Assembly: GCA_963725775.1 (NCBI GenBank) | Contig: CAVRZT010000001.1 | Location: forward strand, 675,568 to 739,567 | From: an uncultured Actinomycetes bacterium | GTDB lineage: Bacteria > Actinomycetota > Acidimicrobiia > IMCC26256 > DASPTH01 | Length of the DNA: 64,000 bases | Direction: 5' to 3' | Part shown: positions 33,529 to 42,793 of the stretch, in pieces | Position numbering within the stretch: position 1 is the stretch's first letter | Layout: the number at the start of each line of letters is the position of its first letter | Notes under the pieces: generated by a model | Told to the model about the DNA's origin: nothing | Databases searched by the model: none | Seen by the model: the letters and a program-made list of their open reading frames with translations, nothing else | Program-made: the position numbers and the translations under genes

Positions 33529-34521
33529 ATGACCGACACGAACCAGGAGTCCGCGCTCGAGCTGACGCGGACGATTCGTACCCCGAGCTCGGTGAGCCCG
33601 GAGGCCCAGGCTGCGATCGCGGCGGGCAGCGCGATGGTGCCCGGCCGGCTGGCGGAACCCGCGTCGTTCCCGTCGCTCGACGACGCCGCGGGGTGGAAGG
33701 AGCATGTCGCGGTGACCGACCTGTTCATCGCCACGAGCTTCGAGAGCCAGCCGGGGCTGCAGGACACGCCGACCGAGACGGTCCAGGTCGATGGCATCGA
33801 CGTGTTCGTGATCACCCCCGAGGGCGCCGACACCGGCGACGACGCCCTGATGCTCTACGACATCCACGGCGGCGCGCTGATCGCCGGCGGGGGTGACGTG
33901 TGCCGCCTCATGGGAATCATGGCGGCGCGGCGGGCCGGTCTGCACACGTGGGCCGTCGACTACCGCATGCCGCCCGACCATCCGTATCCGACGCCGCTCG
34001 ACGATTGCGTGGCCGTCTACCGCGCGCTGCTCGAGATCAAGCCCGCGGAGAAGATCGTCGTCGCCGGCGGGTCCGCCGGTGGCAACCTCGCCGCGGCGTT
34101 GATGCTCCGCGCGCGCGCCGAGGGTCTCCCGATGCCGAAGGCCCTGATGCTCTTCACCCCCGAGGTGGACCTCACCGAGTCGGGCGACACCTTCGACACC
34201 AACGAGGGCGTCGACTACGTGCTGCTCAAGCGCCTGACCGAGTCGATCGCGCTGTACGCGAACGGCCACGACCTCACCGACCCGTTCCTGTCGCCCGTGT
34301 TCGGTGACGTGAGCGGCTTCCCGCCCACGTTCCTCCAAGCCGGCACGCGCGACCTGTTCCTCTCCAACACCGTCCGCATGCACCGGGCGCTGCGGAAGGC
34401 AGGGGTCGAGGCCGAGCTCCACGTCTGGGAGGCGATGCCGCACGGAGGCTTCTTCGGCGTCGCGCCCGAGGACGCCGAGGTGGGCGTCGAGGCGCGGGCG
34501 TTCATCGCCAAGCACCTCTGA
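33529..34521 (+). CDS. Alpha/beta hydrolase fold-3 esterase/lipase (HSL-like)
   Basis: 330 aa. IHGGALIAGGG oxyanion motif and nucleophile elbow GGSAGGNLAAA. Confidence 0.8.
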   Translation: MTDTNQESALELTRTIRTPSSVSPEAQAAIAAGSAMVPGRLAEPASFPSLDDAAGWKEHVAVTDLFIATSFESQPGLQDTPTETVQVDGIDVFVITPEGADTGDDALMLYDIHGGALIAGGGDVCRLMGIMAARRAGLHTWAVDYRMPPDHPYPTPLDDCVAVYRALLEIKPAEKIVVAGGSAGGNLAAALMLRARAEGLPMPKALMLFTPEVDLTESGDTFDTNEGVDYVLLKRLTESIALYANGHDLTDPFLSPVFGDVSGFPPTFLQAGTRDLFLSNTVRMHRALRKAGVEAELHVWEAMPHGGFFGVAPEDAEVGVEARAFIAKHL

Positions 34522-35566
34522 GCGCGCCGAGGGCGTCGAGATCGTCGAGCGACGCCTGGGCTCGCGCCAGGAACGCGTCGGCGAACACACGCCGACGCTC
34601 CGACGTGTCTTCGGGGAACGTGACCACTTGGCACGACGCGGTGACGTTGTACGCGGCGTGGATGCGGTGCGCCCGCCATGCGTCGTCGAACGTGATCTCG
34701 GTGACCCCGGCGGCGCGCCGCAGATCGAGGTAGAGGCGCAACAGGTCGCGCTCGTGGGCCCTTCGGTCCTCGATCGACATCGCCATCGTCATCAGGTAGC
34801 TGATGTCGCGCATCGGCGTGTTGACGTTGATGATGCCCCAGTCGAGGAAACCGACCCGACCGTCGTCGACGAAGAGGTTCCCGATGTGGACGTCGCCGTG
34901 GATGATCGTCTGCGGCCCCTCGTGCCACAGCCGCTGCAGCTCGTCGTGATGGTCGATGTAGAGCTCGGCGATCTCGACGAACGCGTCGGTGAGGCGATCG
35001 CGGTGATGGTCGATGCCGTAGCGCAGCATCGGGGCCGCGTACGCGCTCGTGGGCCTGCTCACGTGCACCCAGGGCGCGTCGGCGCTCCGGCGCGCCGGAT
35101 CGTCGAAGCGGTTGTGCAGCGCCGCGAGGTCCTCGATCGCGCCCGCCGCCGAGTCGACGGGAATGCCCCAGGTGCCGTCGGACACCGCGCACCCGGTCGT
35201 CACCAGGTCTTCGAGGAGGATGGCGAACATGCCGTCGTCGTCGGTCGCGGCGACGTGGGCCGCGGGCACGCGCATGGCGATCGACGGCGCGAGCTCGGCG
35301 TAGAAGCGGGCTTCACGGTGGCCCATGCCGGTGGCGACGATCTGGTCACGTCGCGCGTCGGTCGGCGCCAGCTTGCAGAACATCATCTCCGGCGCGCCGG
35401 CCGGCTCACGGTACGTGACGCGCAGCCGGGCGTGGGCGTTCGTCAGCTGGTGGTCCTCGACGACGGTGACGGACTCGACGTCGGCACCGGGGTGGCGTGC
35501 CGCGAGGGCCCCGGTGAGCCAGCCGGGCGTGATGTCGGCGGCGGTCGTCGGCCAGTCGGCCGTCAT
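34502..35566 (-). CDS. Phosphotransferase (APH/choline-kinase-like) family protein
   Basis: Start MTADWPTT at 35566. Catalytic IIHGDVHIGNLF and FLDWG motifs. 354 aa. Confidence 0.8.
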   Translation of the reverse strand: MTADWPTTAADITPGWLTGALAARHPGADVESVTVVEDHQLTNAHARLRVTYREPAGAPEMMFCKLAPTDARRDQIVATGMGHREARFYAELAPSIAMRVPAAHVAATDDDGMFAILLEDLVTTGCAVSDGTWGIPVDSAAGAIEDLAALHNRFDDPARRSADAPWVHVSRPTSAYAAPMLRYGIDHHRDRLTDAFVEIAELYIDHHDELQRLWHEGPQTIIHGDVHIGNLFVDDGRVGFLDWGIINVNTPMRDISYLMTMAMSIEDRRAHERDLLRLYLDLRRAAGVTEITFDDAWRAHRIHAAYNVTASCQVVTFPEDTSERRRVFADAFLARAQASLDDLDALGALRGAWR

Positions 35567-35853
35567 CCGACGCGCCGCGGTGGGTCGTCGTGGCGGGTCG
35601 GATCCCACCCGGTGAGCCGTACGAGGCCCGGACCCTCGGGGGACGGGACCCGGACGTGCACGGTCACGAGCTGATCCGGACGGGCCTGGTGCCGCGCCCA
35701 TTCGAGGACCTCGTCGACCTCGGCGTCGTAGATGTCGTTCTCTTCGCAGCTCCAACCGCCGGGCGTCGGCAGGGGAGACCACGTGAGGACCCGGTACACC
35801 GGCTCGTCGACCTCCCAGGTGCTGTCGCGGGGGTCGACCGGCACGACGCGCAT
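35563..35853 (-). CDS. Hypothetical small protein, translationally coupled to the phosphotransferase
   Basis: MRVVPVDPRDSTWEVDEPVYRVLTW.. (alternative start 35871). The stop overlaps the downstream ATG (ATGA at 35563-35566). No recognisable motif. Confidence 0.5.
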   Translation of the reverse strand: MRVVPVDPRDSTWEVDEPVYRVLTWSPLPTPGGWSCEENDIYDAEVDEVLEWARHQARPDQLVTVHVRVPSPEGPGLVRLTGWDPTRHDDPPRRVG

Positions 35854-35892
35854 GGCCCCAGCTTGCCCCATGCCTGCATCGCGTGCGCCAAG

Positions 35893-37494
35893 ATGTCCCG
35901 CATGGAAACCGCCGCCATCGAACAATTCCAGACCTCCGGCCAGGACGTCCCGTGGCTCCTCGAGCACTGGGCCGACGCCAAGCCCGACCACCCCGCGCTG
36001 GTGTGGGCACCCCGAGAGGGTGCGGTCCGCCAGTGGACCTACGCCGAGCTGCTGACCGACGTGCGGCGACTCGCCGCCGGGCTCGCCGCCCGATCGGTGA
36101 GCACGGGTGACAAGGTGCTCGTCCACTCGGAGAACTGCCCCGAGATGGTGTTGTCGTGGCTCGCGTGCGCGACCCTCGGGGCGGTCGCAGTCACCACGAA
36201 CACCAAGTCGGTGGGCGCGGAGATGACGTACTTCGCCGAGCACACCGGAGCCATCGCCGCGATCACCCAACCGCAGTACGCGGCGATGATCGCCGCCGCC
36301 GCACCGGCGCTGAAGTGGATCGCGGTCACCGACGACAACAGCGGCGAGCCCGCCACCGCCGACGAACGGGCCCATGGCTTCGACGCGTTCGACACGCTGT
36401 TCGCCGATGCCGGCGAGTGGACGCCGCGGGCAGCGGAACCGATGCTGCCGTTCGGGATCATGTTCACCTCGGGCACCACCAGCCGCCCGAAGGCCGTCGT
36501 GCACACCCACGCCAACGCGATCTGGGCGAGCCGGACCGGGCCGCGCAACATCGACCTCACCACCGACGACACCTACCTCATCTACCTCCCGTTCTTCCAC
36601 ACCAACGCGCAGAGCTGGAGCTTGTGGCCCGTCCTCGGCGTCGGCGCCACGGCGGTGCTCATGCCGAAGTGGTCGCAGAGCCGCTTCTGGCCGACGGTCG
36701 TCGAGCACGACGTCACCCACATCTCGCTGATGCCGTTCGTGATGGGCGCGCTCGGCAGTCCCGACAAGCCGGAGCAGCACAAGCTGCGCGTCGGCGTGTT
36801 CGGGCTGATCATGCCGGACCTCGACACGATGTTCGGGATCTCGGTGTACGCCGCGTACGGCATGACCGAGACGGTCACGCACTGCGTCACCGGCAAGCCG
36901 CAGGAGCGGTTGCCCACACGGTCGATGGGCCACGTGACACCCGGCTACGAGATCGCGGTGGTCGACAAGGAGACCGGCGAGCTCTGCACCGACGGCCAGA
37001 CCGGCGAGCTGTGGATGCGCGGCACCCGGGGGATCCAGCTCTTCCTCGAGTACTTCGACAACGACGAGGCCAACGCCAAGGCGTTCGAGGACGGTTGGTT
37101 CAAGACCGGCGACATGGTGAAGATGGGTGAGGGCGGCAACGTCTTCTACCAGGAGCGCGACAAGGACCTGCTCAAGGTCGGGGGCGAGAACGTGTCGGCC
37201 AAGGAGGTCGAGGACCTCATCGTCGCCCATCCCGCGGTGCAGGCCGTCGCGGTGGTCGGCAAGGAGCACGAGTTCCTCAGCGAGGTCGTCGTCGCCTTCG
37301 TCGTCAAGGCGCCGGGTGAGCACGACGAGGAGGTCGTCGCCGTCGAGATCATCGAGACCTGCCACGAGAACCTGGCGACGTTCAAGGTGCCACGGGCGGT
37401 CTACTTCGTCGACGAGTTCCCCACCGGCACGCTCGACAAGATCCTCAAGAACAAGCTCCGCGAGATGGCCGACGAGCGACCGGCCGTCGACTAA
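35893..37494 (+). CDS. AMP-dependent acyl-CoA synthetase/ligase
   Basis: 533 aa. AMP-binding motifs MFTSGTTSRPKAV and YGMTET, and C-terminal FKVPR. Confidence 0.9.
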   Translation: MSRMETAAIEQFQTSGQDVPWLLEHWADAKPDHPALVWAPREGAVRQWTYAELLTDVRRLAAGLAARSVSTGDKVLVHSENCPEMVLSWLACATLGAVAVTTNTKSVGAEMTYFAEHTGAIAAITQPQYAAMIAAAAPALKWIAVTDDNSGEPATADERAHGFDAFDTLFADAGEWTPRAAEPMLPFGIMFTSGTTSRPKAVVHTHANAIWASRTGPRNIDLTTDDTYLIYLPFFHTNAQSWSLWPVLGVGATAVLMPKWSQSRFWPTVVEHDVTHISLMPFVMGALGSPDKPEQHKLRVGVFGLIMPDLDTMFGISVYAAYGMTETVTHCVTGKPQERLPTRSMGHVTPGYEIAVVDKETGELCTDGQTGELWMRGTRGIQLFLEYFDNDEANAKAFEDGWFKTGDMVKMGEGGNVFYQERDKDLLKVGGENVSAKEVEDLIVAHPAVQAVAVVGKEHEFLSEVVVAFVVKAPGEHDEEVVAVEIIETCHENLATFKVPRAVYFVDEFPTGTLDKILKNKLREMADERPAVD

Positions 37495-38399
37495 GCGACT
37501 GCCGTGCCGGTCGCGCGCGCGATCGCCTCGGGGATCTTGAAGACGCGGAGTGCGTTCTCGCGCAGGAACTTGGGCCACACGTGGTCGCGGAACGGGACGT
37601 TCGGCATGTCGGCGAACTGCCGCTCGAGCGTGAGGCCGGCGGGGAAGTAGCCGCAGAACATGATCTTGTCGGCGCCGCGCGTGTTGGCGTAGTCGATGAT
37701 CGCCTTCGGGTAGTGCTTGGGCGCGAACGCGCTGGTCATGTAGTGGAGGCCCGGCCACTTCAGCATCAGCTTGACCGCGAGGTCCTCCCAGGGCTCGCCG
37801 CCGTGCATCATCACGATGGTGAGGTCGGGGAAGTCGTAGCAGACCTCGTCGAAACGGAACACCTGCTGGGGCCAGCTCGGCATGCGCGGACCGACGATGC
37901 CTCCGTTCACGCACATCGGGATGTCGAGCTCGACGCACTTCGCGTACAGCGGGTACATCTTCGGATCGTCGATCGCGACCTGGGGCACGCACCCCGACGG
38001 GAAGACCATCGCCGACACGACGTCGTGCTCGACCTTGGCGGCCTCGATCTGACGGATCGCGCCCATGACGTCGTTCGGATCGACCGACATCCCGATCACG
38101 AAGCGGTCGGGATACCGTCGCTGCGCCTCGATGCCGTTGGGTGAGAGTCCGACGCGGGCGATGCGGATGTTGTACGCGTCCATCCGCTCGACGAGCCACT
38201 CGACCAGGTCGGTCCCCTCGTCGACGATGTCGGGGACGCCCTTGAACATGTACTGGACGGGGAACTCCATCTCGCGCACGCTCTGGGCGTCCTTGAGGTT
38301 GGCGCGGAAGAAGTCGTACGCGCCCATCTTCTGCTCGATCGACGTGTAGGGGAAGCCGATCCCCAGGTCGACGATCTCGATGTCGGTCGGCATGGTCAT
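37491..38399 (-). CDS. Amidohydrolase_2-type hydrolase (about 300 aa subgroup)
   Basis: Start MTMPTDIEIVDLG at 38399 overlaps the upstream stop (ATGA). TIM-barrel hydrolase pattern (..MMHGGEPW.., ..ADKIMFCGYFP..). Confidence 0.75.
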   Translation of the reverse strand: MTMPTDIEIVDLGIGFPYTSIEQKMGAYDFFRANLKDAQSVREMEFPVQYMFKGVPDIVDEGTDLVEWLVERMDAYNIRIARVGLSPNGIEAQRRYPDRFVIGMSVDPNDVMGAIRQIEAAKVEHDVVSAMVFPSGCVPQVAIDDPKMYPLYAKCVELDIPMCVNGGIVGPRMPSWPQQVFRFDEVCYDFPDLTIVMMHGGEPWEDLAVKLMLKWPGLHYMTSAFAPKHYPKAIIDYANTRGADKIMFCGYFPAGLTLERQFADMPNVPFRDHVWPKFLRENALRVFKIPEAIARATGTAVA

Positions 38400-39091
38400 G
38401 CGACGGTCACCTCGGATGCGATCCGGACCAGGATGTCGGCGACTTCGTCGGGTCGTCGCCACAACGGGAAGTGATCGCCCGGCAGTTCGATCACGGCGCC
38501 TGCTCGAGCTGCGCAGAAGTCCCGAAGCTCGCGGGACATCTCGCTGTCCTGGCACGACACGAACGTCGACGAGACCGTTCGCCATGCCGCGACCGTCGGC
38601 TCGATCACCTGAGCGGCCAGCCGCTGGGGCCGAGACCCCCGTACGAATTCCTCGGCATCGCGCTCCGTCCATCCTCGACTGAGGAAGTAGGACGTCAACA
38701 CCTCGGTGTCGACGTCCATGACGCCTCCAGCGACGTGGAAGCCCGCGATGAAGTCCTCATCGAAGTTGCCGTTCGTCAGCGTGAACAGGTTCTCCCCGAC
38801 ATCCGCCATGGCCGCGTCGAGATACACGAGGTGCTCGACCGAGGGGTGGTCGCCCGCCACCGTGAGCGTCATGCCGCCGGACGAGTGACCGACGAGCACG
38901 ACCGGTCCGTGGATGCGGTCGAGCACGGACCTCACGCCGTCGCCATCGTCCAGCTCCGAATCGGGCAGGGAACTCGGGAGCTCGACCGCGAGGTTCGTGA
39001 TGCCCTGGTCGTCGAGTACAGGGACGACGCGGGCCCAGGCCGCGGGCGACCCACACATGCCGTGAACGAGGATCACCGTCGCTGCTGTCAT
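38396..39091 (-). CDS. Alpha/beta hydrolase
   Basis: 231 aa. VILVHGMCGS and nucleophile elbow VGHSSGG. Confidence 0.8.
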   Translation of the reverse strand: MTAATVILVHGMCGSPAAWARVVPVLDDQGITNLAVELPSSLPDSELDDGDGVRSVLDRIHGPVVLVGHSSGGMTLTVAGDHPSVEHLVYLDAAMADVGENLFTLTNGNFDEDFIAGFHVAGGVMDVDTEVLTSYFLSRGWTERDAEEFVRGSRPQRLAAQVIEPTVAAWRTVSSTFVSCQDSEMSRELRDFCAARAGAVIELPGDHFPLWRRPDEVADILVRIASEVTVA

Positions 39092-39174
39092 CGGCCCCCC
39101 ACACGTCCACGACGACTTGACCGTAGCGGAACGGCACGCGAGACACTGGTGGTGTCGAGACCGGAGGGGGACCA

Positions 39175-40335
39175 GTGACCGCGGACGAAGGAACAGCGGG
39201 TGGCGGCCCGCTCTCGGGCGTGACGCTGGTCGGGCTCGGAGGCATCGGACCGCTCCCGCTCCTGACGATGCTGTTCGCCGACATGGGCGCCCGCATCATC
39301 CGGATCGACCCGGTGGGCACCTCGCCGTCGCGCATCTCGCCCCGGCTCTGGATCTTCCGCGGCCACGAGTCGGTCACCCTCGACCTCCGGCAGGAGCCAG
39401 GCCGCGAGGCGCTCTTCCGCCTGCTCGACGGCGCCGACATCCTGGTCGAGGGCTACCGCGCCGGGGTGACCGAGCGGCTCGGTGTCGGTCCCGAGGAGTG
39501 CCTGGCCCGCAACCCGGCGTTGGTCTACGGGCGCATGACCGGCTGGGGATCGTCCGGGCCCCTCGCCGACAAGGGCGGCCACGACCTGAACTACATCGCC
39601 ATCACCGGCGCGCTCCACGCCATGGGCACCGACGGGACGCCGCCACCGGTGCCACTCAACCTGGTCGGCGACTTCGGGGGCGGCGCCATGATGCTGGCGA
39701 TGGGCCTGCTCGCCGCGCTCCACGAGCGGCGGCACAGCGGGCGGGGCCAGGTCGTCGAGTCGGCCATGTCCGACGGTTCGCTGGGCCTCATGGCGTTGTT
39801 CTTCGCGATGCGCGACGGAGGTTCGTGGATCGACGGTCGCGGGGTGAACCAGATCCAGGGGGGCGCGCACTTCTACCGCTGCTACGAGACCAGCGACGGT
39901 GAGTACATGGCGATCGGCGCGGTCGAGAACAAGTTCTACGCGCAGTTGATCGACGGGCTCGGGCTCGATCCCGCACTGGTCGCGACGCAGAACGACCAGT
40001 CGAAGTGGCCCGAGCTCCAAACGGTCTTCGCATCGGTGTTCGCGACCCGGACCCGCGCCGAGTGGGAGACGGTCTTCGCGTCGCGCGACGTGTGCGTCAC
40101 TCCGGTGCTCAGCATGCTCGAGGCGATGGAGTACCCGCACAACACCGAGCGCGACGCGTTCGTGGAGGCCAACGGGTACGTGCAGGTCGCGCCGCCGGTG
40201 CGGTTCGGCCGCACGCCGGCGTCGATCGGTGGCCCGACGCCGCAGCCCGGGGCCGACAACGAGCGGATCCTCGCCGGGCTCGGGTACACGGCCGACGACA
40301 TCGCGCACCTCCGCGCCGCGGCGGTCACCGATTAG
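39175..40335 (+). CDS. Family III CoA-transferase, alpha-methylacyl-CoA racemase-like
   Basis: 386 aa, GTG start. GHDLNYIAITGALHAMG and VGDFGGGAMMLAMGLLAAL resemble the racemase (MCR/AMACR) subgroup. Confidence 0.8.
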   Translation: MTADEGTAGGGPLSGVTLVGLGGIGPLPLLTMLFADMGARIIRIDPVGTSPSRISPRLWIFRGHESVTLDLRQEPGREALFRLLDGADILVEGYRAGVTERLGVGPEECLARNPALVYGRMTGWGSSGPLADKGGHDLNYIAITGALHAMGTDGTPPPVPLNLVGDFGGGAMMLAMGLLAALHERRHSGRGQVVESAMSDGSLGLMALFFAMRDGGSWIDGRGVNQIQGGAHFYRCYETSDGEYMAIGAVENKFYAQLIDGLGLDPALVATQNDQSKWPELQTVFASVFATRTRAEWETVFASRDVCVTPVLSMLEAMEYPHNTERDAFVEANGYVQVAPPVRFGRTPASIGGPTPQPGADNERILAGLGYTADDIAHLRAAAVTD

Positions 40336-40366
40336 CGTCCGGAGCTTCGATCGCGAGGGGGCACAC

Positions 40367-40867
40367 ATGCGGCGGGTGGTGACGGGTGTCGGCGCCGACG
40401 GTCGTTCGACGGTGTTCTCCGATGGGCACGCGCCGGTTGCGTTCGCGCCGCGGCCCGACGGCGCCGGCGCCTTCGGGCTCACCCGGGTCGCGGGCGGCAC
40501 GGTCGATCCCGCTACGGGTTCGTCGGTCGTCAACGAGCTCTGGTCGCTCACCGACGATCCGTCGGTGACGACCGATGACCCCACGCTCGACCTCGAGTCG
40601 TTCGGCGTCGACGTTCCCGCCGGCGAGACGCGGTGGATCATCACCCAGATGGGACCCGGTCTCGCCGCGCCGATGCACAGCACCCCGACGATCGACTACG
40701 GCGTCGTGGTGGCGGGTGACGTCGAGTTGGGTCTCGACGACGGATCGGTCCGCCTCTACGCGGGTGACTCGGTCGTGGTGAACGGGGTCGAGCACTCCTG
40801 GTTGGCGGGTCCGAGCGGTTGTGTGATCGCCACGGTCATGGTCGGACTCCGCGAGTCCGAGCGCTGA
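40367..40867 (+). CDS. Cupin-domain protein
   Basis: ATG follows GAGGGGG. 166 aa. C-terminal beta-barrel pattern (MHSTPTIDYGVVVAGDVELGLDDGSVRLYAGDSVVVNGVEHSW). Confidence 0.6.
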   Translation: MRRVVTGVGADGRSTVFSDGHAPVAFAPRPDGAGAFGLTRVAGGTVDPATGSSVVNELWSLTDDPSVTTDDPTLDLESFGVDVPAGETRWIITQMGPGLAAPMHSTPTIDYGVVVAGDVELGLDDGSVRLYAGDSVVVNGVEHSWLAGPSGCVIATVMVGLRESER

Positions 40868-41010
40868 ATCAGCACGCACGCCGCGACGCGGTACGCACGC
40901 TGGAGTACGGCACCGAGGACACGCCCTATAGGGGTGGCAAGATGTGCGGTAGTCGCTCGCGGGGGCGGGCGCATGCGGATGTGGGTGGTGGAAGAACCGT
41001 GCCTGATCTC

Positions 41011-41334
41011 ATGGGGTTTTCTCACATCGATCTCACCGTCACAGACTGCGCGCGGTCTGCCGCGTGGTGGCAAGAGGTCCTTGGATTCAGACTCATGACG
41101 CACACCGAGGACGAGACCTTTGACGTCTGGTCCTTGAGGCATTCGTCCGGCATCGTCGTTGATGTGATGACGCACCAGGAGACGCCGCACGAGAGGTTCG
41201 ACGAGCGTCGGGTCGGGCTCGATCACTTCTCGTTGCAAGTCACTGACCGTGAAGAGTTGGACAACATCCAGCTCGAACTCTTTGTGCATCCCACTCCGCA
41301 GGAACTCGCCGAGCTTCTGGCCAAGCAAGGCTGA
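41011..41334 (+). CDS. VOC-family protein, short or truncated
   Basis: MGFSHIDLTVTDCARSAAWWQEVLGF..LDHFSLQVTDREELD is a normal first 1.5 VOC modules, but the ORF ends early. Codon usage is visibly more A/T-rich than in the neighbours. Confidence 0.45.
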   Translation: MGFSHIDLTVTDCARSAAWWQEVLGFRLMTHTEDETFDVWSLRHSSGIVVDVMTHQETPHERFDERRVGLDHFSLQVTDREELDNIQLELFVHPTPQELAELLAKQG

Positions 41335-41477
41335 GCGCATCTCTGTCGCTCGGCGCTCGCACTCGGGGGGAACATTTGCCCACCGTCGCTTGGTCAGGCG
41401 TTTCCTACCCGGAGGTGATGACGATGGCGGCACGACGACGACAGACTGGCGCTCATGCGCGGGTGCGAGGGGAATGA

Positions 41478-41702
41478 GTGATGCCGTCGCCGCCGTGGCC
41501 GTGGGACTTCGAGTGGGGCGAATTCGATGCGACGGCGCGCGAGCTCGCGGACCTGCGGGTGCGGCTCCGGACGAGAGTGCTCGCCGACCTGGCTGTCGAG
41601 ACGGATCCGGACCGCATCGCCGAGCTGCAGCTGATGTTGGAACGCCTCGACGCGCCCGGAAGCCCGACTCGGGCCGCACGATGGTGGCGACGACGTCGCT
41701 GA
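41478..41702 (+). CDS. Hypothetical 74-aa ORF
   Basis: ORF only. Helical-looking sequence (ELADLRVRLRTRVLADLAVETDPDRIAELQLMLERL). No family recognised. Confidence 0.2.
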   Translation: MMPSPPWPWDFEWGEFDATARELADLRVRLRTRVLADLAVETDPDRIAELQLMLERLDAPGSPTRAARWWRRRR

Positions 41703-41707
41703 GCGCA

Positions 41708-42793
41708 TCAGGAAGGCGGATGGATCCCCGGGCCGTCGATGTCGTGGCGGACGAGGATCTTCACGTGTTCGATGTCGCGGTAGTTGCCCGGCCGCAGGTG
41801 CGCGAACACCTCTTCGACGCCTTCGAGCCCGGCGTACCCGGTGACGAGCTTGGTGACGTCGATGCGGCCGTCGGCGATGCGCTCGAACGTCTGCGCGAAC
41901 GGGTATTCCTCGCCGTCGGGACCCATGCCGACGCAGAACTCGATGGTGACGTTCTTGTAGATGCCGACGATCGGGCGGATCGGGTCGTCGACCATGCACG
42001 CGCCGACCACGGTGATGCGGGTATACGACGGCACCGTGTAGAGGAGGGAGTCGAGGATGCCGGGCTTGCCCGACGCCTCGTACACGTAGAGGCGTTGGTC
42101 GGGCGCGGCGAGATCGCGCCACGCGGCGACCGGGTCGTCGTCCGCGGGGTCGACGACCACGTGCGCACCGAAGGCGGCGGCGATCGCGCGGCGCGCCGCC
42201 GACGGGTCGGATGCCACGATCGGGGAGATGCCGCGCTCGGCGAGGGCGGCGACCGAGCCCAGACCCACCGGGCCGCACCCGGTGACGATCGCACCGGCCG
42301 GCGGCTCGATCTTGGACCGCCACACGCCGTTGAGCCCGGTGGCCACCGGGTCGACGCTGGCGGCGTCGTACGGGGAGACGCCGTCGGGGATCTTCACGTG
42401 CCCGTAAGGCGAGACCACGACCTGCTCGGCCAGGGCGCCCGGGTAGTCGGTGGCGTACCCCACGCAGTGCACGACCCCGGCGGGGTCGACGACAGCCGGT
42501 GACACGAGCAGCACGTCGCCGGCCGCGTAGCCCTCGACGTTGGCGCCGACCTCACGCACACGCGCCGTGAACTCGTGACCGAACACCAGATCGCGGTCGG
42601 GGTCGAACAGGAACAGCGGCGTGCCGCTGGCTCGCGACGCGTGCAGGAAGTCGTCGGCGTGGTCCATCGCGTTGAGATCGCCGCCGCACACGCCCGCCGA
42701 CAACGGCTCGACCAGCAGGTGGTCGTCGGTCATCGGTGGCTCGGGGATGTCCTTCAGCTGGAGATGACCGCGCCGCATGGTGACGGCCCGCAT
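41708..42793 (-). CDS. Zn-dependent medium-chain alcohol dehydrogenase family
   Basis: Start MRAVTMRRG at 42793. GVCGGDL, GHEF and GCGPVGLG Rossmann motifs. 361 aa. Confidence 0.85.
   Translation of the reverse strand: MRAVTMRRGHLQLKDIPEPPMTDDHLLVEPLSAGVCGGDLNAMDHADDFLHASRASGTPLFLFDPDRDLVFGHEFTARVREVGANVEGYAAGDVLLVSPAVVDPAGVVHCVGYATDYPGALAEQVVVSPYGHVKIPDGVSPYDAASVDPVATGLNGVWRSKIEPPAGAIVTGCGPVGLGSVAALAERGISPIVASDPSAARRAIAAAFGAHVVVDPADDDPVAAWRDLAAPDQRLYVYEASGKPGILDSLLYTVPSYTRITVVGACMVDDPIRPIVGIYKNVTIEFCVGMGPDGEEYPFAQTFERIADGRIDVTKLVTGYAGLEGVEEVFAHLRPGNYRDIEHVKILVRHDIDGPGIHPPS

Noticed and set aside
40756-41679. 307-aa minus-strand ORF across the lower-GC patch
   Set aside because: It is antisense to the recognisable VOC reading frame and has no family motifs. 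It was treated as an artefact, though the patch itself is flagged.
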